Source: Myxococcales bacterium (lineage in GTDB: Bacteria > Myxococcota > Myxococcia > Myxococcales > Anaeromyxobacteraceae). From it: a stretch of 30,269 bases of DNA. Under the pieces are notes generated by a model, which saw only the letters and a list, made by a program, of their open reading frames with translations, was not told the origin of the DNA and ran no database searches. Position numbers and translations under genes: made by a program. The stretch is taken from positions 1-30,269 of the forward strand of contig JBBQEB010000027.1 in NCBI GenBank assembly GCA_038320275.1, read 5' to 3'. Below are positions 23,339-30,269 of the stretch, piece after piece (positions within the stretch are counted from its first letter, which is position 1; each line of letters starts with the position of its first letter).

Positions 23339-25425
23339 CCCCTCCGAACATGCGGCGCCACGGGCTCGGCCGCCAGCAACGCGCAGGCGGCCTCGACGGC
23401 TTCGTGCGTTCCCGCGAGGGCGAGCACGTCTCCGTCTCGCAACACCTCGCCCGAAGAGGGAATCATCACCGAACCTCCGGCGCGGGCGATGGCGAGGACC
23501 GTCGCCCCGGTGCTGCCGCGCACTCCGAGCTCGGCGAGGCTCCTCGCCACGGCGGGGCTCCCAAGCGGCAGCCGGACCGCCACCGGTTCCCCCAGCCCAG
23601 GGAACATGGCGCGCACGGCGGCGAGGGCGTCCTCGTGCGGCTGCGCGGGTCGCACCGGTGCGGCTGCTTCCTTCGCCAGCGCCTCGACGATGACGAAGGC
23701 GCTCGCTCGCACGTGCCCTTGCAGATCGCTGCTGCTCCGCCAGAAGGCGATGCCCAGGGTCATCACCGCGACGCCGAGGAAGGCGGCGCCCGGCACCCCG
23801 GGGAGGAAGGGCTGCGTGATGGCGAGGAGCGGCATGAGCACCAGGGCAGCCGTGGCGAGCTCGAGGATGGAGAGGAGCGCCCGCCGCGGCGCGGCGGCGA
23901 GGTCGGTCGTTCCGGCGGAGGCCTCGGGCAAGGCGGCCGAGGCCAGCGCGATGCCGATGCGCCGCCCGTTCCGCAGGAGGCCCACGCAGAACGGAAGGGC
24001 TGCCGCGCCGCCCGCCACCAGGACCAGGAGGCGCGCGATCCCGACGGGGAGGCCGAGCCATGCGGCGAGGCCAACCGAGACGCGATCGAGCGCGACGCTG
24101 GTGCCGATGACGATCCCCACCACCACCACCGCGTCCACGAGCAGGGAGCGGGCGAAGCGGCGGACGCGCCGACCGGTCGAGTCGTGCGCGGGCGAGCTGC
24201 GCAGCCGCTCGAGCCAGCTCCCGTAGAGCGACGCCGCCGTCTGGAAGGGCGCGGGCAGCCGCGCATCCACGGCCGCGGCGATGCGGGCCGAAGCGCCGAT
24301 GAGGCGCGGAGAGGTGAGCGTCGTCACCGCGGAGACGGCGACCGCCACCGGAAAGAGGAAGTCGCGCGTCGCGCCGAGCGAGATGCCCAGGCTGGCGAGG
24401 ATGAAGGAGAACTCTCCGATCTGGGCGAGGCTCAGGGCGGCCTGGATGGAGAGCCGCACCCCGTTGCCGGTGAGGAGCGCGCCCGTGCCGACCGCAACCG
24501 ACTTGCCGAGGAGGACGAGCGGCACGAGCACTGCGATGGCTTTCCAGTTCCGCGCCACCAGCGCCGGATCGATGAGCATGCCGACCGAGACGAAGAAGAT
24601 CGCTGCGAAGAGATCGCGCACCGGGCGGACCAGCCGCTCCACGGTGTGCCCCTCACCCGACTCGGCGACGAGCGCGCCTGCGATGAATGCGCCGAGCGCG
24701 ACCGAGTAGCCGAAGGCGAACGCGAGGTACGAGATCCCGAAGCAGAGGCCGAGCGACAGCACCAGCAGCGTCTCGGAGCTTCCCAGCCGGCGCACCCAGC
24801 GCACCGCGCGCGGCACGGTGAGCATGCCCGCGGCCAGAAGAACGGCCAGGAACGCCGCCAGCCGTCCAACCGTGCCGCCCAGTGCGCCGGCGGAGACCCG
24901 CGTCCCGGTCGCCACCGCGGTGAGGATCGCCATCAAGAGGATGGCGAACAGGTCCTCCACCAGGAGCACGCCCACCACCAGGTCGCGCAGCGGACCGCGG
25001 ACGTGCAGATCCTGGAAAGCCTTGGCGACGATGGTGGTGCTCGACATCGCCACCATCGCACCGGCGAAGACGCTCTCCAGCGGGGTGAAGCCGAGAGCGC
25101 GGCCGGCGAGGAACCCGAGCCAGGCCATGATGCTCGACTCCACCACCGCGGTGAGACCGGCCACCGGCCCCACCTGCACCAGCTTGCGCAGGCTGAACTC
25201 GAGGCCGAGCGCGAACATGAGGAGGATGACGCCCAGCTCGGAGAGCGTCTGTACCACCCCCGGATTCGCGACGAGCGGCCACGGAACGTGCGGCCCCACG
25301 ATGAGCCCGGCGAGGATGTAGCCGAGCACCACCGGCTGCCGGAGCCGATGAAAGAGAACCGTCGTGACGGCGGCCACGCCGAGGACGACCGCGATCGCCG
25401 CGAGGAGCTCGTGTGCGTCTTGCAC
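23335..25425 (-). CDS. CPA2 cation:proton antiporter with C-terminal TrkA-C (RCK-C) domain
   Basis: QPVVLGYILAG, SELGVILLMF.LGLEFS, SSTTIV.K, LLVEDL, ALGAF.AG, FF.SVG, QIGEFSF, TGATVLAI.R. Start set at GTG 25425. Confidence 0.92.
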   Translation of the reverse strand: MQDAHELLAAIAVVLGVAAVTTVLFHRLRQPVVLGYILAGLIVGPHVPWPLVANPGVVQTLSELGVILLMFALGLEFSLRKLVQVGPVAGLTAVVESSIMAWLGFLAGRALGFTPLESVFAGAMVAMSSTTIVAKAFQDLHVRGPLRDLVVGVLLVEDLFAILLMAILTAVATGTRVSAGALGGTVGRLAAFLAVLLAAGMLTVPRAVRWVRRLGSSETLLVLSLGLCFGISYLAFAFGYSVALGAFIAGALVAESGEGHTVERLVRPVRDLFAAIFFVSVGMLIDPALVARNWKAIAVLVPLVLLGKSVAVGTGALLTGNGVRLSIQAALSLAQIGEFSFILASLGISLGATRDFLFPVAVAVSAVTTLTSPRLIGASARIAAAVDARLPAPFQTAASLYGSWLERLRSSPAHDSTGRRVRRFARSLLVDAVVVVGIVIGTSVALDRVSVGLAAWLGLPVGIARLLVLVAGGAAALPFCVGLLRNGRRIGIALASAALPEASAGTTDLAAAPRRALLSILELATAALVLMPLLAITQPFLPGVPGAAFLGVAVMTLGIAFWRSSSDLQGHVRASAFVIVEALAKEAAAPVRPAQPHEDALAAVRAMFPGLGEPVAVRLPLGSPAVARSLAELGVRGSTGATVLAIARAGGSVMIPSSGEVLRDGDVLALAGTHEAVEAACALLAAEPVAPHVRRG

Positions 25426-25457
25426 GTGTCTTTCCGGAAGCGCTCCTGACCGCGCGG

Positions 25458-27128
25458 CTACGTCCGGTCCCCCGCCTCTCCTGCGAAGAGCTTCGCGCCG
25501 CGACTGACGATGGCCGCCAGCCCCGGCCACGTCCCGCTCGAGTCCCCCGCCGGCGCCACCACGCGGACCGCCGTGAGCGCTCGGGTGAGCGCGATGTGCA
25601 TCCGGGTGCCCAGTTCGCTCAGCCCGACCGCGACGTCGGCCACCACGATGACCGGTCGTTCCAGTCCCTTCCAGCGCAGGAACGAGTCCACCACCAGCCG
25701 ATCCTCCATGTCGTCCGCGTCGGCGAGGGCGAAATCGTGCCTTCCAAGCCTGGGCTGTCGATGGAGCGCGTCGCGCGCGGTCTGGCCGCGCAGCGAGACC
25801 ACGCCGATGTCGGAGGGGAGGAGGCCCTGCGAGAGCAGCCTCTCGACGAGCTCCGCCACGCAGTCGACCGTCCTCGTCGAGCCGGGGCAGGGGACGAGCG
25901 CGAGCGTCTCGTCGGCGAGCGCTTTCTTGATGGCGGCCTCGCCGCCCGTCCGACCGAGATAGCCCCTCGCGAGAGCTGCCGTGCCGGCGGGGGAGCGCTG
26001 TCCCCGCGTGAGCATGAACGGCGGCGGGAAGAGATCAGCGGGCGGGGAGCGATCCTTCCAGAAACCCTGGTCCGGGTCGTGAAAAGCCCACAGCCGATGC
26101 CCGTCGCTGAGCGCTTTCACGAAGCACCAGGCCTCGAAGGGGAAGTCCTGCGCCTCGTCCACCAGGACCACGTCCCAGCGCTGCTCGCAGGCATCCATGG
26201 CGCTCTCGTAGTACTGGCGCCAGAGCTCGGAGTCCGTGAGGTCCTTGGCGCCCCACGGTCCCGTGTGCGCCTCAGCCACGAGCTTCGCGAGTCCACTCAC
26301 GGTCTGGACCTCGACCCCCGTGCCCGCGAGACGGGTGGCGAGCCACTTGCGGAGCGGCTGGGTGAAGCAGAGGAGGAGCACCTTCTTCCCGTCCGCCGCC
26401 GCGCGCCGTGCTGCCTCGGCGGCGATGAGCGTCTTGCCGGTGCCAGCGCCGCCCTGCACGAGCGCCTCGTTCTGCTCCGCCAGCGCGTCGAGGGCGAAGA
26501 GCTGGAAGTCATCCAGCGCCAGCCGCTTCTCCTCTCCCATCACCACGCGCGCCCCGAGCGAGAGCGACGGGATGAAGCTCTCGCCCCAGAGCTTGTGGAG
26601 CCGCTTCATCCAGTCGCCGCGCGCCCTGTCGGCCCGGGGGGCGGGCAGGGCGCGCTTCACGACGCCCGGAAAGGACTCGGAGAACCAGTGGAGCTGCTCC
26701 CTCCCGAGGATGACACCGTTCAGGTCGTCCTGGTCCGGCTGGCGGTCGAGCTCGGTGTCCGGGAACACCGCCGCAGCGCCCCAGGACGGTGGGTGGCTCC
26801 CGAAGTCATCCAGCCTCCTCAGCAGCTTGTCGAGGTCGTTGCGCGCCTGGTCGAGCGGCGACTTCTCGAGCAGCGTGCCGTTCGATGACCACTGGCCACC
26901 CTCCTGCCGGATGAGGCCACCCTTCACCTCGAGCACGAGCAGGCCGCGCTCCGGGTGGGCCAGCACGAAGTCTCCCTCGCCGAGATAGCCGGCCGGGTTC
27001 CGGATCTTGAGCGAGTGCCAGGCAGTCCAGCCCGTGGGGAGGCGGGTCTCGAGCGCCTTCCAGACGGCCTTCTCGGCGTCGGAAGCGGTCGGGCGGGGGC
27101 CGTCGGATGGGTTCAGGCTGCCAGGCAC
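25458..27128 (-). CDS. NERD (PD-(D/E)XK) nuclease fused to an SF1 helicase/ATPase
   Basis: AEKAVW..L, EGDFVLAHPERGLLVLEVKGG, SPLDQA; Walker A GGAGTGKT, Walker B VLVDEAQD, QRSP, KGLERPV, ALTRA. Confidence 0.88.
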   Translation of the reverse strand: MPGSLNPSDGPRPTASDAEKAVWKALETRLPTGWTAWHSLKIRNPAGYLGEGDFVLAHPERGLLVLEVKGGLIRQEGGQWSSNGTLLEKSPLDQARNDLDKLLRRLDDFGSHPPSWGAAAVFPDTELDRQPDQDDLNGVILGREQLHWFSESFPGVVKRALPAPRADRARGDWMKRLHKLWGESFIPSLSLGARVVMGEEKRLALDDFQLFALDALAEQNEALVQGGAGTGKTLIAAEAARRAAADGKKVLLLCFTQPLRKWLATRLAGTGVEVQTVSGLAKLVAEAHTGPWGAKDLTDSELWRQYYESAMDACEQRWDVVLVDEAQDFPFEAWCFVKALSDGHRLWAFHDPDQGFWKDRSPPADLFPPPFMLTRGQRSPAGTAALARGYLGRTGGEAAIKKALADETLALVPCPGSTRTVDCVAELVERLLSQGLLPSDIGVVSLRGQTARDALHRQPRLGRHDFALADADDMEDRLVVDSFLRWKGLERPVIVVADVAVGLSELGTRMHIALTRALTAVRVVAPAGDSSGTWPGLAAIVSRGAKLFAGEAGDRT

Positions 27129-27272
27129 GGGCAGAGCGTGCCAGAGGCGCCAGCAGAATCAAGGCAGGGCGCACGCGTCACGGCTCTCCGACGAAGCCGA
27201 CGGCGCGCCGCGCCCGCTCGACCGCGAGCGGCGTCTCGAGCCCACCCGCACCCTGATCTCACGGCGCAGGGC

Positions 27273-30269
27273 CTAGCGCTGCTGCAGCTCGACCTCCGCC
27301 ATCTCACCCCGGATGGGCAGGTGAATGTACGCGGCGCTGAGCGGCTTACCGAGCGCGCGCGAAAGCGCGTCCGCGTACCAGCCGAGCTGCGGCGCCCACT
27401 CCTCTTGCAGCTTGCGATCGCGATCGCGCTCGTTGCCGGGAAACGATTTGTGATCCACGAGGACGAAGGCGTCGTCGAGCTCCAGGAAGAGGTCCACCTC
27501 GCCGACGAGCAGCTGCTCCGGGTCGCCGCCGATGCGCGCACGGACCGGCCATTCGCGCCGCCATACCGCGCCCGGGTAGCGCCCGTCGAGCCAGCCCCGC
27601 AGGGCGTCGGAGGCTTCCATCAGCGTGCGCGGGTCGATCGCGCCCTGGACGCCGTGCGACGCGAGGAGGCGCGCTGCCATCGCGCGGCGGCGCTCCTCGT
27701 CGCCCGCCGTGTCGGCAGCCAGGAAGGCGTGGATGGCGTCGCCCACGGCGGGCATCTGGTCTGCGCCGGCGCGCAGCTCGCGTCGGCCGCCGAGCCGGGT
27801 GACGCTGACCACGCGCGCCGGTCCGCCGTGAGGTTCCGACGACGGGTTGAGCCGCTCGGCCGGCTGCTGGACGTGAGCGCCGCGCGCGTACCACCGGACC
27901 GTGCCGCGCGTCTCCGCCTCGGGCTCGTAGGGGAGGCCCGAGAGCTCGCGGACCACGCACGGCCACCGTCTCTCGCCTGCGCAGGCCTCGGACGGGCCGA
28001 TGGCGGCCTCGAAGGGGAAGGCGATGCGCGACGCGCCGTGCTCGTCCAAAAGGGGCCAGAGCGCTCTCGTGGCTGGGCCGTTGTCCTCGTCCACCTTGGC
28101 CACCGCGATGAGGAGGTCGCGGGCGCGCGTGAACCCCACGTACAGGAGCCGTAGCCGCTCCCGCCCGTCGCGCTCGACGGCGCGCGCGGCCTCCGGAGAT
28201 TGCATCGCGGCATCGAGGAGCGCGAGCTTCGTGCTCATCGCGCCGTACGGCCACGGCCAGTACCGGACCCAGCGGCCCGCCAGCGGATCGGTGTAGCTGA
28301 ACGCGGCCGCGGGCTCCACCGCGATGTCGAAGACGTCGCGATCGCGCGCATGATCGAGGTGCGACAGGACCACGATCGGCCACTCGAGGCCCTTCGCGCC
28401 GTGCCAGGTCGATACGTGGACCGCGTCCTCCTCGGTCGGCATCGCCTGGTCGGCGTCGGCGTCCAGCTCCGAGAGGTGCTGCACGAGCCCGAGCACGGTG
28501 GCGGCGCGGTGGCGTGCCGCGCACAGCTCCTCGTAGGCGCGTGCCTCCGCCCGCAGCGCCTCGACGTTGGCGAGGCGGCGCTCGGGATCGGGCCAGGTCC
28601 GCAGGAGCTCCGGGATGCCCCCCGCGCGCAGCGCGCGGTCGAGCGCCTCGGTCGGCGAGAGGTGAGCGACATCCACCGACCTGAGCGCGGCCACGCGTGG
28701 GTCGTCGGCGAAGGCGAGCGGCTGCGCCGGCCGATGCGCGCCCGCCGCCGCCGCCTCGTCGCGCGCCTTTCGCCACGCGGCGATCTCGGACAGCCGACGC
28801 GAGAGCCACGCGTCGGGATCACCCGAGGCGCCGCCCCCGAGCCAGCTCACCTCGAGCGCGGCCACGCCGTCGCTCGGGTCGGCGAGGAGCCCCAGCGCTG
28901 CCCGCGCGAGGAGCGACTCAGGCTCCTGGGCCAGGCCCTGCAGCGAGACGCGCGCCGGGATCCCGCGCGCGCGGAGGGCGGTCGCGGCGGCGCGGCACTT
29001 GTCATTCGTGAATGCGAGGACGGCGACGTCGCGCCGCGACGCGGGGCGCAGCTGGTCCGGTCCACCCTCGACGCGCTCCCGGACGAGCGGAGGGGAGGCG
29101 AGGAGCGCCTCCACGCCCGCGGCGATGGCGTGGGCCTCGGTGGCGGCGATCTTCTCGCCGTCGGCGACCACCTCTTCCCTTCTCCAGCGCCACGCTTCGA
29201 CTGCCGGCTGCGCCGCGAGCGCGGGCGGGTCCGCGCGGGCGGGCTGGAGTCGCACCTCGTCGTCCTTGAAGCCGTGAGGCGCGAGCGCGCCAGCGAAGAG
29301 CTCGGAGGTGAGCTCCACGAGCGCCGGCCGCGATCGGTACGACGTGCGCAGGATGTCGGGCGCTTTTCCTTGCAGCGCCCAGGCGATCGCCGCCGACATG
29401 AGGTCCGGGTCCGAGCCCTGGAACGCGAAGATCGCCTGCTTGCGATCTCCGACCCAGATGCTGCGCTTCGCGAGCGACCCGAACGCTGCAACGACGGCGA
29501 GCTGGATGGGCGAGGTGTCCTGGAACTCGTCGACGAGCAGGAGGTCGAGCCGTTCGGCCAGCGCCGCCGCGACCGAGGGGCGTTCCAGGAGGCGATGTGC
29601 CAGGGCGAGCATGTCGCCGAAGTCGACCACCCGCGCAGCTGCCTTCTCCGCGGCGAAAGCCTCGAGGGCGTTCGCTGCGAGATCGAAGAGTGCTGACTGG
29701 ATGCCGAAGACATCGGCCTGGAAAGCCTCGGCCTGGAGGTGGCCCTTCACGAGCGACACGAGGTTGGCAGCGAGGTGCGCAAGGCTCGTCTTGTCGACCG
29801 ACACCGCGAACTGGAACTGGGATTTCCACGAGGGAAGGCCGAATCGGCGCGCATCGGCGAGGAGGCCGGCCGCCGCGGCGGCGCGGTCCTTGGCCGCCCC
29901 GTCCCTTCCCTTCTTCGCCGCCCCCGCGAGGTCGGCCAGCGCCGGTGCCAAACGCTCCAGCTCCGCCAGAAGGGTCTTCCCGTATTCGGCCACGCTGAGC
30001 GTCGCCTTGGGCAGGAGCCGCTCGTACGTGGCGCGGCTCTGGGCCGCCGAGCGCACCAGCGCATCGGCGCCCATGCCGTTCTCGCGCGCCTTGTCGACGA
30101 GGGTGCGCAGCTCGCGCTTCCAATCGTCCAGCTCGAGCCGCCGCGCGAGCTCGTTGAGGTGCGACTCCTGCCCGGCCACGACGCGGGCGAGCGCGCGGTC
30201 GAAGAGGTTTCGGCGCTCGGCGTCGGGGATCGGCTCGAGGTACGGCGAGAGCCCAGCGTCGAGCGCGAC
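27273..30269 (-). CDS. AddA-like UvrD helicase with C-terminal PD-(D/E)XK nuclease (5' end runs off the right edge)
   Basis: DFGDML, LLVDEFQDTS, VGDRKQAIFAFQG, SYRS, STWHGAKGLEW, RLLYVGFTRAR; nuclease G.AIH...GEVDL...VLVDHKS...QLGWY. The frame stays open upstream of 30179 to the window end, so Walker A is off-window. Confidence 0.92.
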   Translation of the reverse strand, partial: VALDAGLSPYLEPIPDAERRNLFDRALARVVAGQESHLNELARRLELDDWKRELRTLVDKARENGMGADALVRSAAQSRATYERLLPKATLSVAEYGKTLLAELERLAPALADLAGAAKKGRDGAAKDRAAAAAGLLADARRFGLPSWKSQFQFAVSVDKTSLAHLAANLVSLVKGHLQAEAFQADVFGIQSALFDLAANALEAFAAEKAAARVVDFGDMLALAHRLLERPSVAAALAERLDLLLVDEFQDTSPIQLAVVAAFGSLAKRSIWVGDRKQAIFAFQGSDPDLMSAAIAWALQGKAPDILRTSYRSRPALVELTSELFAGALAPHGFKDDEVRLQPARADPPALAAQPAVEAWRWRREEVVADGEKIAATEAHAIAAGVEALLASPPLVRERVEGGPDQLRPASRRDVAVLAFTNDKCRAAATALRARGIPARVSLQGLAQEPESLLARAALGLLADPSDGVAALEVSWLGGGASGDPDAWLSRRLSEIAAWRKARDEAAAAGAHRPAQPLAFADDPRVAALRSVDVAHLSPTEALDRALRAGGIPELLRTWPDPERRLANVEALRAEARAYEELCAARHRAATVLGLVQHLSELDADADQAMPTEEDAVHVSTWHGAKGLEWPIVVLSHLDHARDRDVFDIAVEPAAAFSYTDPLAGRWVRYWPWPYGAMSTKLALLDAAMQSPEAARAVERDGRERLRLLYVGFTRARDLLIAVAKVDEDNGPATRALWPLLDEHGASRIAFPFEAAIGPSEACAGERRWPCVVRELSGLPYEPEAETRGTVRWYARGAHVQQPAERLNPSSEPHGGPARVVSVTRLGGRRELRAGADQMPAVGDAIHAFLAADTAGDEERRRAMAARLLASHGVQGAIDPRTLMEASDALRGWLDGRYPGAVWRREWPVRARIGGDPEQLLVGEVDLFLELDDAFVLVDHKSFPGNERDRDRKLQEEWAPQLGWYADALSRALGKPLSAAYIHLPIRGEMAEVELQQR

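Noticed and set aside
1..30269. CRISPR arrays, integrases/transposases, retron or DGR elements, rRNA/tRNA
   Set aside because: No regularly spaced direct repeats, recombinase/RT motifs or structural RNA signatures were found by eye. A computational repeat and Rfam scan was not possible.

Overview
High-GC (roughly 70% or more by eye) bacterial chromosomal window. Gene content and style suggest a Myxococcota / Anaeromyxobacter-like organism (inference). From left to right: a truncated Fpg/Nei glycosylase, a PlsC acyltransferase, a frameshifted M1 aminopeptidase remnant, a ParE/RelE-type toxin-antitoxin pair, apaH, type II NADH dehydrogenase, a PLP aminotransferase, a hemerythrin-like protein, a cold-shock protein, a small secreted protein and quinone oxidoreductase. 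Next come a Fur-boxed bfd-bfr-zinc-finger operon, a ~1760-aa single-chain acyl-CoA carboxylase-like protein, a convergent malic enzyme, a small zinc-finger ORF and an FNR-boxed FkbH + HExxH membrane protein pair. The window ends with a CPA2-mgtE-CusF-like operon, a NERD nuclease-SF1 helicase and an AddA-like helicase-nuclease that runs off the right edge. The most unusual element is the carboxylase: it has eukaryote-type architecture (BC-BCCP-central-CT), but its biotin-carboxylase domain has lost the ATP-grasp lid and the catalytic motifs while the ORF stays intact. Several genes also appear to be leaderless (TANNNT 6-8 nt before the start, no SD). I saw no CRISPR array, rRNA, tRNA or intact mobile element. 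All family calls come from motif recognition by eye; no database search was run.
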